This document shows positions 47,420 to 60,000 of a DNA stretch of 60,000 bases, piece after piece (position 1 is the stretch's first letter; each line of letters begins with the position of its first letter). The stretch spans positions 417,285 through 477,284 of the forward strand of contig NW_019218016.1 of assembly GCF_002571385.2 (NCBI RefSeq), in the 5' to 3' direction. This stretch comes from Stylophora pistillata. Taxonomy: Eukaryota. The translations under genes were made by a program, and so were the position numbers. The notes below the pieces were generated by a model. The model searched no databases. It saw only the letters and a list, made by a program, of their open reading frames with translations, and was not told the origin of the DNA.

Positions 47420-48830
47420 GTTAGATTAGGGGCAGCCAGAGGCTGATGTGAACCTACCGATAAAAAATATTCAGTATCGGTTTCGTGCCATATTGCGGAT
47501 TTTAATCTTTAAACTTTATGTTCTGATGTGCGTCGAGGTTCGTTTTCAGTTGCTATGAAGAGAAACCCTCGTAAACAAGGACCATCGCCTTACAATGCTA
47601 ATAATAAGCGACGATAAGACGCTTTTGAAAACACTGGATTATGGCTCGTGTTGGCGAACAAAGCGTGGTTTGGATTGCAGCCTCAAAATTTGACAAACTT
47701 TGTATAAGGAAATTTGAAGACAGCCTGAGGGGAGCGACAGCGTTATTCCTTTTTGTTGGATAGCAACTGTCTATGTGGATCTCTTCGTGACTTTCGGAAG
47801 CTTTCGAGTAGTCTCGCCCAGTGAGACCGAGTACACCAAGATTTTCGACAGTTTTCTCTAATGACTTTTTCATTACTGTTCTTTTACAACGCGAGTTTTG
47901 ATTAGAATAATCGATACTGTTCCGTTACACACCACATTTGGAGTGAAGCAATTTCGAATTCAGTAAGAGCGTACCAATTTGAACTTCGGTTTCGCCTGAC
48001 TTTTGTTTGTTACAGCTCTGCTGAATACTCCATCGTGTTTAAATAAAGTGTTCAGTTCAGTTGAGTTCAGTTCGGAAATTAATAGTTAGGCTAGCATAGC
48101 ATTTTAGAGCTTACTTTAGAGTTCAAAGATCGTTTCAGTGACGAAAAGTGCAGAAGGAAAAACAAGATGGCTGCTGGAGACGAAGTTGAATGTGGCTCCG
48201 TGGCGAACTAGTCAGTCGGAATAAGAAACTTTTAAGCCCACCTCCTTTTAACTTGACTAGTCAGATGTACGTCAATCCGCATGCGTAGCCCCCTAAGAAG
48301 CATATTTTCTCAGACAGTCTTTAACGAAATGAATTTCTTTCCTGATTTTTACTCGAATGCAGTCAAAATCTCGTCAGATTGGAATAAGACGGGGAATATA
48401 AAATTTTTTAGGAACTCTTTGGGGGATTTAAACTCGTACTTGATACAAAAGTTGCCAAGAAACTAGCGTTCATAGACTGTTACATAACAACTAGACAAGT
48501 GGAGCGGTTGAAGATGAAACCCTTCGCACAAATTATTTTGTGTTTACTAAAGTTGATTGTTTTAGGAACGAAGTGGCCCGCGGGGCTTAAACGATGTGTG
48601 ATTCGCGTCGTCAGTATGAAAATTGGTATGGAAACTTTAATTCAGGCTTAATTTTAGAAACCTATCTTTACAGTCAATTAGATTTCTTTTAGTATAACCA
48701 GTTATTGAAGTTTAACAACGCTCAAAGAAAAACCAGACTAGTAACATTCATGCTCGAATAGTTGTGCTAGTGGCGCTTATGTTAATGGCTAATAACGTGA
48801 GCTAAGGTTCACCTCACCTTTGGATGTTTT
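47420..48830. repeat. Segmental duplication: the upstream region of copy 1 matches about 53850-55040; 49050-50440 also matches about 58850-59860
   Basis: Long shared blocks such as aaacactggattatggctcgtg, aggaactctttgggggatttaaactc and cccttt cggctgag...tctcgg.tagaacgcgaca. Confidence 0.85.
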
Positions 48831-51432
48831 TCACGAATAAAAAACCCAAGAAATAAGTCACGAATAAAAAACCCAGGACATAACGTTTTTGTTTTTTACG
48901 GTCAATAATATTCTTTGTATTACAACATACTTCATCCTTTTTCTAAATAAGCTGGTTCTTAGAATTTGTGAATGAAAAGGCTTTATCGCCTTTTCCGGGA
49001 ATGTCATAGGATTACAAATTTAGCGTTTTACTTGGAAAGCCTAATAAATTCTGGCTCACCGTCTTCTAATACTATATAGCAGAATTTGTGTCTGCTTAGT
49101 AAATGATTATAAGGGACAATAGATCAAAATGTTTCTCATTTTTAGGCCAATGGTATTCATTGTATAACAACCATAGTCTGCGTTGAATCGTGTGGATTTA
49201 TAGTAGACGTCATGCTGGTTTGTCCTTGTTTTCAATAAGCTGGATTCTTAGAATTTATTGTTTAAAATGCTCTTCGTTTGTTTGTTTGTTTTTCCAAATT
49301 AAACGTCTTTTCGAAGGTATAGCTGCTGTAGATTTTGAGGGGTCGTTGCTTTAAATGCATGTAGAGTTCTGGAGAAAAAATCCACTTATCGTTCGCTGAA
49401 GATCACTCCTCTGCGTTTCAAAGTGGAGGGTTTTCTCAGTTAAATGAGATAAAGGACGTCGGGTATCTTAGAAAGTGTAATTAATTGACAAGTCACTCCG
49501 TTCGCATAAATGAACTACTTGACCCAGATTACTTCTATCAGCTCTCTTCGAAAGACACCAATTTTAAGGATGTCGATTGAATCATTTTTACGTGGGATCG
49601 TGTTAAACCAAAGAGTAAAAGATTCAAATATCATTAAAGATCGTGATAGTACTCTATTGAATCATCATAATTTCCCGTCCTGCAGCCGTCACTATCACTT
49701 TCGAAATTCGATAGTGAAGTTCATTAGCCAAAAAATCCTCAGAATTTCTTGTTTGCTGGTTGTGCCTTTCCGACCGTTGAAGTTTTAACTGGCACAATTC
49801 CTTTTACCGTTAGTAAATGTACCTGACCATCATATGGTGATGATTTTCGATTCTGCAATTCACTTGGCTTGCGCTACGTAGAGTTGATGAACAACCTCTT
49901 CGTAGCTATGTTTTTACACCATTTTGATGTATACATGTATCCTATTAATCCATTCGAACAACATTTTATGATCCCTTTCGGCTGAGAGATCTGAGTTGCG
50001 CTGGTCGGTTAAAGATTTTTCGCTTTTAGGGCCTTCACTAGTCAGTAATATATTAATACGGAAGTGCACCAAAGCGTATTCGATTCCCCTGGTTCGCTGT
50101 ATCTCGGCTAGAACGCGACACAATATCTACAGAAAAACATAGCGGTTTTTAGTTTCAGGAAGTAAACTATTTGTTAGTGAAACAATTGAAACATACCTTG
50201 AAGTTCGTGTGGATCGCTACAGAGTCGTTAATTTCCAGCTGATGAAAACGAATAACGACTGCGTGGATGCGGCGTTAAAAGGCTGCAGGAGACAGAATAA
50301 GGACTCAAACTTTCTCTAGTAGAATTCTCCTCTTTCTTCTTGTAAGATAAACTTAGCTCTGCAAACGACTCAGTCTGATTAAGAAACTTAAGCCCAACAC
50401 CTTTAAATCTTGACCGCAATCGACTCGTCAGAAACTAGTCAACACTTATCAAGCGGAGTCCGCATGCGCAGGACAAGTAAACAAAAACATTCCTGCTCGA
50501 GTAGGCATTGTGCTACAATGGCGTTTATGAGCTAAGGTTCCCCTTTGGATAGTTTCATTATTTTTCTGTCCAAAAAAAAAAAAACCGAACAAATCAGTAA
50601 CTATGGTCACGAAAAACAAACGTGGACGTTTGAAAGGCAATTAGCCTTTTTTTCAATTAAACTTGTTAATCCGGTTTAGACTGACTTTCTTGGAATCCGA
50701 CTCTGTCACCTGCTTCCGTAGTTTCGCTGAAATCTGAAGTATTCAGTTTTAAGTAGCTTTAGTACACAAAACTAAACCGGCCTTGTTTCTAGAGTATACA
50801 AGAGCAGAAGTGTAGCCTATAGTTTTACCTAGAGCGTAGTTATATACTTTGTGTGATGAAAAAAGGGAACAACAACAAAAGGAAAGTTTTAAATGTATTT
50901 TTTGAATGGTGAATTTTCGAGAAGAGAATCATCGAGAAAACTGACTTCTGTCTTACGGATCCAAGTTATCTTCCTCTCTCGCAAGAACTGGTGCAATTAA
51001 AATTCGACCCGATCGTAACAAATTTTTTGCTGTTAATTACGAGATGTGCTAATTATTTGTTCGAGTGTCATTAAGTCTCTCACTCTCCAAAAATCAACCT
51101 CATTTACTTTTTATTTTATCTAGTATTCTTAGTCTCTGAGAAGTTTTTAAACAAATATTAAAAGAGAGTATACGTGTAATTAACTACTGCGAAATACGAA
51201 AGTCTTGGGCCCGATCCCTCGGGGGGTTCTCGAAATGTTGTGGTTCTACTTTTGTGATAAAACTAATGACATCTTTCTTCTAGGATGACACTTGTCGATA
51301 ATCTGAATTCTCAAATGATTTTGTTTCTTTGCCTTACAATCCATAATTCTGCCCTGGAGGAGATCGTCTACTCCTTGCTCAATGAGGGCTAAATATTCTT
51401 GACTTAGCGTGAAGTTCATGGTTAAAATGAAC

Positions 51433-53517
51433 TTAAATGCTTAAAGAAGTAAGGTATATATTGAGAGTCAAAATGTTCCCTTTGGGGGCATCTTTTAGGT
51501 CAAATTCTTCATCGCATCTAGGGCACTTTGCTCGCAGCAAATTTCCAGTAAAATCCTTGACCGGTGAATCCAGCCGGCATCTGGGACATGTCACGGAGTA
51601 ATCATCTCGCTGAAGACTTGGCAAAGTTTCCCTTAACCATGTGGCACGCTCGGATCCAAGTTTCTTGAAAGAGTTTTTTTCTCTTTCGTCCAGGTTGTCT
51701 ATTTCCCAGTAAACATCATAGAACTTAAATCCAAGGACCTCTGCGTTCTGCGCTTTGAAAAAGCCGTTGTCTGCCCAGTCGGGTCCCTTGGAGTCCAACA
51801 GTCGCAAATATTTGCAGTTGAAACTGGTTAAAACTACTGCATGGCCAAACCTTTTTGGGATATTTGGAGGACGGGCTGATATATCGATCTCTTTCTTCGT
51901 CAAAATACCGTTTCTGTTAGTTTGGAAGAACTCTTTAAACCTACCCCACTCATCCAAGGTAAGCTTAAATGTTGCAAGAACTGGTCGGCTTGAAGCGACT
52001 GCTTCCATGGCACCCCCGAGGTCAACTTCCTTGTAACGCAAACGGTACCTCTTGCACATTTCTTCCAGAACTGTTCCGATACTGGTCGCTTTTATTCCAA
52101 AACGGCTGATCATTTTAGTTTTCAAGTCGTCAAAAGTTGGAATACCACCTTCGCGACCATGAATTCTCGTCATGGCCAAATGAAGCACTGTAGCAGATGC
52201 ATGTGCATAGCAGGTCTGCCCTTCTTGCTTTTCTTGTGCTTCGTAGTCACTCACTGATTGGTTTATGTAGACATCGAGGTGGACGGTTGCAAGTAAATCG
52301 GATAAGGCTTCGTGAGAACTGACGACATCTCGAGCCAGGTCGCAAGCCTCTCGCAGGTGGTCGGGATGATTGACTTGCAAGAACAAACGTGTTTCATTGT
52401 TGGTAACCTCAATGGACCAGTCACGTTTAACAAACATGGTGCGTGGTATTGACTGCGTGGCCAATTTGGAGCTCAGTGAGAACATGAACTTTGCACATTC
52501 GTCCCATTTTTTTTTCTTTTCGCTGTACAGTTGTTTGGGTTCAATCTCTTGGGATGTAATGTAGCAGCCCACGATGGTCACACCTGCACCAGCCATTGTT
52601 GAGATGGCGGAGGGTATTCTGTCACTACTGACACTGTAGCCATCTGTGGGCTCTCCATCTGACAGGATGAACAACAGCTTTTTGTGTTCAGAATAGTCAG
52701 GAACATTATCCTTAAAGAGTTCCTTCGCCTCCCTAATTGCTTGATAGAAAGGTGTCCCACCGTAAATCAAGGGCTCTACGTTTTTCAATAATTCCTGACT
52801 CCTCTCCTTAGAGAGTTCTTCTTCTTTATCGATGTATCCATGTAATATATTGGAAGCTTCCTTCACTTTGAAAATGCGAGGTTTGCAATGGCTTTGTCTT
52901 GCTTTGTTAGTTTAATCATTTTTGATTAAAAAGGGTTCGGCCTTTTTTAGTACTTCCTTGATGTCTTCTTTTGTTGCTTCTCTAATGGTTGCCCCTACCG
53001 ATGCATAAACTGTTTCGCTTGCTGATAAGAGAGGGTTAACAGCCTGTCCAAATTGGCTGACCAACCCTGGTCCTTCGTGGAATTTGGTGAAGTCTTTGAA
53101 TTCTGGTGGTAGACACTCTTGGACAAATTTGTGAAGGAAATCCTTGTCAGATTCAGCCTTTTCTAGAAACAAGTGAGCCATGTAATGTATTAATGCACTT
53201 TTGACTACTTCTTTTCTTGCCCATTTGCGGATGTACCATGCGCCGGCTGTCTCGAGTATTTGGAAAATCTCTTCTATCTGATCATTTGTGGCAGACTGAA
53301 GACCCGTCAAGATATCAAATACTTCCCCACCAGCTTTAGCTCCAAAGGCTAAAGCAAATACATGGTTATCAGAGGGAACGTCGTGTTCGATCAGGTTGTC
53401 AACAACTTTAAATATCGAACGAGCCCATGGTCCTCCATCTTCATCGATACCGCTTCCCGCGCTATGATGCATGGAGTCGGAGACGTCAAGAAGGATTCCA
53501 ATCAGCGCCTTGGCCAT
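51433..53517 (-). pseudogene. vWA-peptidase copy 2 with one in-frame nonsense codon
   Basis: Starts ILLDVSDSM. TAA at 52912-52914 stands where copy 1 has GAA (KND*TNK vs KNDETNR), and both ORFs share a frame. The catalytic NSWG has changed to DSKG. Confidence 0.8.
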
Positions 53518-55454
53518 GCTCCCTCGATCTGCAATTATAAAAGTATGAATTTTATGCTGAAAGTTGAAAAGAGGGTGATAAATTAACTAAATTACCAATT
53601 GCCTTAATTTCTACACAAGTTTTTAACACTTTGTTACGACGTTTTAAGTCCTCAATATATACAAAATATATATAGATGAACACTTTTTATAGATACAGCT
53701 CACGCTGTTTCGGAACAAGTCTGATTCTTAGAATCCGTGTAGCGCTTAGGCATCCGTTTCCGCGAATATGACAATCTGTAATTAAGCCTATTCTTTTCGT
53801 CAGGTGTAGCAACCGAAACCTTTTGCCGAGTATTATATTTCAGTTTTGGCAAGCCAAATTTGGGAGATAAAAAATTTCATATCGGCTTTATGCTTTGTTG
53901 CGTATTATAATCTATTAAATTGTATGGTTCTGAAGTACTTCTAGGTTTGTTTTCAGTTGCTGTGAGGAGAAGCTCTCGTCAACAGAGACAATGCAAAGAT
54001 TAAGCGACGATAAGGCGCTTGTGAAAACACTGGATTATGGCTCGTGCTGGCGATCCAAGTGTTATTTGGATCGCAACCTCAAAATTTGACAAATTTTATA
54101 TATTTTTTCTGATGACCTTTTAATTAGTGATCTTTTACAACACTAGCTTTGCAAAGAATAATCGATACTGTTTCGTCGAATACCACATTTCGAGTAAAAC
54201 AATTTCGTGTTCAGTAACAACGAACCAATTTCGGTTTCACCTGGCTTTTGTTTTTTTGAAGTAGGAAATTAAGAGTTAGGCCAGCTTAACAATTTAAAGC
54301 TTACCTTAGAGTTTAAAGATCGTTTCAGTGAGGTAAAATGCGGATGAAAAAAGAAAGACTGCGTAGATTCGGTGTTGGGGGCTGCTGGAGACGAAGCTGA
54401 ATATGGCTCTGCGGCAAACTACTCAGTCGAAATAAGAAACTTATGAGCCCACCTCCTTTTAACTTGACGACAATCGACCTGTCAGATACAAGTCAATCCA
54501 CACGCGCTGGTCCCTTATAAGCATATTTTTTCGGACAGTCCTTAACTCTTTCGAAATGAATTTATTTTCTGATTTTTATTTGGATGCAGTCAAAATCTCG
54601 CCAGATTGAATTGAGACGGGGAATAAAAAATTTGTTAGGAACTCTTTGGGGGATTTAAACTCATACTTGATATAAAAGTTGCCAAGAAAATAGCGTTCAT
54701 AGACTGTTACATAACAAGAAGACGAGTGGAACGGTTGGAGATGAAGTCCTTCGCATAAATTATTTTGTGTTTACTAAAGTTCATTTTCTTGGAAAGAAGT
54801 GCCACCTGCGGGGCTTGAACGATGTGTGATTCGCGTCATCACTGTCAAAATTATTTTGCAAACTATATTTCAGGCTTTGTTTGAAAACCTAGCTCTACAG
54901 TCAGACTTCTAGTTATTGAAGGTTAACAAGCTCAAAGAAAAACCAGAGTAAAAACCTTCATGCTCGAGTAGGCGTTGTGCAAATGGCGCTTATGTTAATG
55001 GCTAGTAACGTCAGTTAAGGTTCACCTTTGGATATTTTCACCATTCTTCAATCAAAAACAAAACGAGACTATTCAGTGACTAGGGTCACGAATAACAAAA
55101 ACAGAAACGGTAACTTTTTCATTAAACTTTTTCGTTCTGTTTAGATGGATATTCTAGGAATCTGACTTTGCCACCTGCAGCTGGAATTTCGCGGAATTGT
55201 AACTAAGTTCTCCTTCCGCATGAACCGGTGCAATTAAAATTTCGCCGAGATTGTCGAAAAAAATTAGCAATTTGTTCATTACAAAGCCAAAATGAGGTGG
55301 TTCTGATGCTTCAACAAGAAACGAAAACCGGCCCTGGAATATGTTCTGGTATTATTTCGTCTGTTGTTACTCTCGTTTTCCTGATTGAGAAGATCATGTT
55401 TCAAACACGTCTGGTTAGAGCCCTTCTCTTTTATAATGATGCTTCAGCATAGAG

Positions 55455-55600
55455 TCTCTGTGGGTCAGCGGTAGAGCATCGGAGCGCGGAGTCTCAAGGT
55501 CTGAGGTTGGATTCCTCATAGGGACTCAGAATTTTTTTCTTTGTCCCACGCTCGTGATAAGCCTAAAAAAGCTTTTCTGCGCTTCATCTATGTTACCTAC
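55455..55600 (+). mobile_element. tRNA-derived SINE
   Basis: A-box-like tgggtcagcggtagagc and B-box-like ggttggattcc, followed by a non-tRNA body (gggactcagaattttttctttgtcccacgctcgtga). Confidence 0.75.
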
Positions 55601-56586
55601 AGCTATCTCCCTTTTGAGAGTGTTTCGTAATGTAATGGGGGAAGGCGCAGCCAGTTTGCTAGTACATTTTTTGTTTTATGAAGCTTTTGTCACCGTTGGC
55701 AAAACTAAATATCTCAGCTTAGGATTAGGATCAGTAGAGAATTTTATTGTCGCTGTTGTGTTAGGGGCTTGAACATGTCCTACTTCACTCATGGTAAAGA
55801 TAACAACGAAGAATCCTTGTACGATTTGTTTGCCGCGGCTAATCACAGTGGGGCAGTCAGCTTTGGTCACTACACCGCATTCGGTCGGCTGGCAGAGGCG
55901 GACCATCCTACACTCTTTTTGACCCTTTCGTAAGCTACAAGCAAATCAAATTCATCCATATTTTGTGTTGGCACCTACTTAAATACATGACGTAATATGT
56001 CTCTGGAATTTACAGAGAAGCCGCTGCTCAGGCTAAGCAGCTATTATATGAATGCTGAGAGCTGGGTAAGGTATTCTCTGGAATACACTCTTTCACTCTA
56101 ACTTAAAATTGTGACTACATCCTGTGGAAGATATTCAAGCGAACTTTTTTAGTGACTGAACTTGCGCAGTAGAATCTGGCCCACATTATAACGAAATAAG
56201 CATTGATGACGTACAGGAAGTTTCAATTAAACCTAAAAGGAACATTTACGCCTAAATATCAATAGCGATTTTTTTATGCTCCTTCACTTATGTTCTCAAG
56301 CTATTTTCTTCTGTGTAGTGCTCTACCCTTTTGTTTGTCTCTTGTTGGCTATTTATCGGTTCAAATCTTAAATTGTTTCTGAAATATATCAAAAAGTCCA
56401 ACTACAAGCGTACGTGATTATCCCATTCTATTAGCCTAAGCTCGATTTAAACCCTGAAAACAAATAGCACTTCTTAATCAACTAAGATTTCAAGGTCTTT
56501 TTCTTCTCTCGGAACCTATGTCTATGTTATCATGCTAAGTTTTTCTCCTCCATGGTAAAGGAAAGGTAAATGTCTCTTTCACAAAC

Positions 56587-58647
56587 TTATTTGCTTAAAG
56601 AGGTGAGATAAATATTGAGAGCCAAAATGTTCCCTCTGTTGGCATCTTTTGTAGAAAATAAAAGGCCACATTTGGGGCTTTTTGCACGTATCAAAGTTCC
56701 AGTGAATGCCTTGACTGGCGACTCCGTTTTACATCCTGGGCATTTGTAGGTAGCCTTTTGAAGACTCTGCAAGCGTTCCAATAAATCTCTGGCAACGGCG
56801 GATCCGTGGGTCTTGTAACGGGCTTTCTCACTTGGGGTCAAGTCGTCTTCTGTCCAGTACACATCAATGAATTCTAATCCAAGAAGGTCTGCGTTCTGCA
56901 CTCTAAAGAATCCTTTGTACGCCCATTTCGGTCCCCAGGAATTCAAAAGTCGCAGGGATTTGCTGTCGAAGCTGGTTAACACAACAGCATGGCCACTGGT
57001 TCTGGTGTTGGGAGCACGGGCTGTTATATCGGTGTCCTTCTTTGTCAAAATACGGTCTTCGTCGTCATCTTTTCTGAAGAACGTTTGAAATTTAACCCAC
57101 TCATCTTCTGTGAGTCGAAATCTTGCCACCACTGGTCGACTTGAAGTGATTGGTTTCATGGCACCTTTAAGGTCAACTTTCTTGCAATGCATACGGTACT
57201 TTGGACACATTTGACTCAGCACTTCCAAAGTGTTGGCACCATGACTTCCAAAGTGGCTGATAAATTCATCTCTCAATTTGTAGAAATCTGGATATCCGCC
57301 TTCGCGACCAAGAATGCGTTTCATGGACAGATGAAACACTGTAGCAGATGCATTCGCATAGCAAGTACCCCCAACTTACCCATCTTTTGCCTGATACCGG
57401 TCGAGCCCTTGATTTATGAGGACATCGAGATCGATGGTTGCAAGCAAGTCAGATAACGCATCTTGACAGCAAACCACATTTCGAGCCACCTCGCAAGCCT
57501 CTCGCAAGTGATCTGGATGATTGAGCTGCAGGAACAAACGTGTTTCGTTATTGGTGACCTCGATGGACCAACCACGTTTAACAAACATGGTGCGTGGTAT
57601 CAGCTGCGATTTCAGTGTTGTGCTAAGTGAGAAGAGGAATTTTGCACCCAGGTCCCATTCGTCCCGTCTCTCCTGGCTGTACAATCGTTTGGGCTCAATC
57701 GTCGTGGACTCAGTGACAAAGCAGCCCACCACGGTCACAGCTGCTTCTGTCAATCCTGAGACAGCTTCGTCTTTTTTCGCCGAGTCATTGATATCTCCGT
57801 CTCCGGGCTCTCCGTCTGACAGGACAAATAGCAGCTTTTCATGGCTTGAAAACGTACGGGTTCTCATAAGTTCTGTGGCCCTTTCAACTGATTCTTACAA
57901 AGGCGTTCCACCGTAAATGTAGGGCTCGACGCTCCGCAGTAATTCTCTACTCCTTTCCTTCGAGAGTTCTTCTTCATCGAAACAACCATGTAAAATATCT
58001 GAGGCTTCGTGAACACTGATAATGGAATCTTTGCCTACACTTTTCTTCATCAAATGTGGTGCAGCCTTGTCAATTACATCTTTGACCTCTTCAGTTGTAG
58101 CTCTTTTAAATGTCGTCACCGCTGAGGTAGCCACTGTTTCCATGAGACCTAGAAGTTGATTTTGCGGAAACCATTCGCGGCAAGCTGGTGGTAGACACTC
58201 TTCTACGAATTTACTTGCAAACGACTGGTCAGACTCACATTTTTTTAGTAACAAGCCAGCCGTGTAATCTGGTACTACATTTCTGACGACTTCCACGTCT
58301 GCCCATTTGCGGATGTTACGTGCACCGGCGTTCTCTAATATTTGGAAAATTTTGTTTAAGTGGCCGAGTGTGACAGGCTCGTCGTTTTGCTCAAAAGCTC
58401 GTTTATGAAGGTGAATACGTTGAAGGGTTCCCAGGATGTCGAATATTTTCTCACCCTCTTCGGCCCCGAAGCCAACGGCGAAAACGTGGTTGTCAGTGGC
58501 AACATCGTGTTTGATAAGGTTGTCAATAACTTCAAAGATCGAACGAGCCCACGGCTCTCCGTCTTCAGACTCTTCATCAATACCACTTCCAATGCTACGT
58601 TTCATGGATCCAGAGACATCAAGTAGGATTCCTGTCAATGACGGCAT
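56587..58647 (-). pseudogene. vWA-peptidase copy 3 (more divergent) with two in-frame nonsense codons
   Basis: Starts MPSLTGILLDVSGSM. TAA at 57895-57897 (GGTPL*, Tyr in paralogs) and at 57376-57378 (DG*VGGTCYANA, replacing the oxyanion Gln). The three ORF pieces are in one frame. Confidence 0.8.
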
Positions 58648-60000
58648 GTTTCCTTTGCCAGCAGTTACAATTATAAGAATGGGTTTTGACATACTAGTTT
58701 ACTTGAATACCAGTGACCTAAACCTCCATATTTATCACGTGACTATTGACCAACCTCGCAGAGGTTTAGCGTGAGATTGGTAGCTTAAGAATACTCAGAA
58801 ACGGACTTGGAATATTTTTATCCTTAGTTGTATCTATATAAGCGACTCAACGAATGCTGGTGTTCTCCCTCTGTCATATATTATGTATAAGGATCTGTGT
58901 CTGCTTAGTAATTGATTATAAAGGGCAACAGATAATATTTTCTTTTTGGTTTTTTTTTCATGTCAACAACATTCATTATACAGAAACCACAGTCTGTGCA
59001 GACATAGTTAGTAGAGGGGGGTGGTGCAGAACAATGCGGATGTAAAGAGGACTTACTTAGAATTTATGAATCGAAACGCTTAATCGCGTTATTCCGGGAA
59101 TGTCCTTGAAATGCAAATTGAACATCTTTCTTGGAAGGCCCCAGAAGGTGTATGTTACGAGTGGCCGCTACTTTAACTTCGGGTAGATAATATTCTGCAT
59201 ACCAGCCTTTCGTTCACTAAAAATTACTTCTCTGCTTGTGAAAGTGGATGACTCTCTCGGTTCAGATAATGGAGGTCGAATAGCTTAGAAAATGTAAGCA
59301 TTTGATATCATTTTCTGTGTCCACCGGAATTAATGTGTTAGCCCGAATTACTAGTATGAGAACTCTTCCAATGACGTTTTTACATCGTTTTGATGTATGC
59401 TGTATTAATTCGCTGCATAGAACTTCCTTTTCTTATCCCTTTCGGCTGAGAAATCTGTGTTGCGCTGTTTAAGAACCGCTCTTAAGACAAGAAGATGTAA
59501 GAAGTTAAAGATTCTTTCGCTTTTAGGTTCTACATTTGAATTTAACTTTTATCAGTACGGAAGTGTACCAAAGCGTATTCTATTTTCCCTAAGTTCTCTG
59601 TATCTCGGTTAGAACGCGACATGCAGTATCTAAAGGGAAGCAAGCGGTATTTTTTTTCCAATTAGGATATTAATAGTCGGTGTAACAGTCATAAACATAC
59701 CTATAAGTTCGTGGGAATCGTTACAGAATCGTTAATTTCCTGCCGGAGGGGCTGCTGGAGACGGAAGAAGCACTCGAACACTTACTCGAGATCTGCTCAA
59801 ACCAAACTTTGGTAACGCCAACTCCTTTTAACCTGAGCACAATGGGCCTGTCAGATACACGTTGACCAATCACCCGATTCGCCTTTAATCTACCGCATAT
59901 AAGCGAATCTAATTATACCAAATTACCGCATACATGCTGATAAAGTAGGACCTATTTACCTACCGAGATTAGATTACCGAGAACAAAACAAAGGCCAAAA

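Noticed and set aside
55455-55530. tRNA gene
   Set aside because: The cloverleaf is imperfect and runs into a SINE body.
52912-57897. Programmed readthrough or Sec recoding of stops in the peptidase copies
   Set aside because: The stops are TAA, occur at different positions in each copy, and are each one substitution from the expected sense codon, so they are ordinary nonsense changes.
45351-58774. Plus-strand ORFs conserved across the peptidase copies
   Set aside because: They are antisense shadows of the duplicated minus-strand coding sequence.

Overview
Intron-rich, AT-rich animal genomic DNA with assembly gaps. The repeat content and gene set suggest a cnidarian, probably a stony coral (inference). 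The left and middle parts (1-43 kb) are a compact run of housekeeping genes in head-to-head pairs: ACSF2(-)/LAPTM-like four-TM gene(+), VMA21(-)/CLPB(+), a bacterial-type NADP-glutamate dehydrogenase(-) with a spliced mitochondrial presequence exon, a spliced apparently non-coding 5'TOP transcript(-)/RPS3(+), and a PUB-domain gene(-)/NFXL1(+, only the 5' exons visible). Top finding: the PUB-domain gene ends in a short terminal coding segment GGA GGA TGA GGA TAA, followed ~77 nt later by a canonical type II SECIS element. It appears to encode a soluble p97/VCP-cofactor-like selenoprotein ending -GGUG, a family I do not recognise as described. The right part (45-59 kb) is a tandem array of three intronless genes with a split vWA domain, a papain-like Cys/His/Asn peptidase and a Zn ribbon; one copy is apparently intact and two carry nonsense mutations. 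Penelope fragments with hammerhead motifs, LINE fragments, SINEs, MITEs and a Mutator-like foldback element are scattered throughout. All exon boundaries were read by eye.
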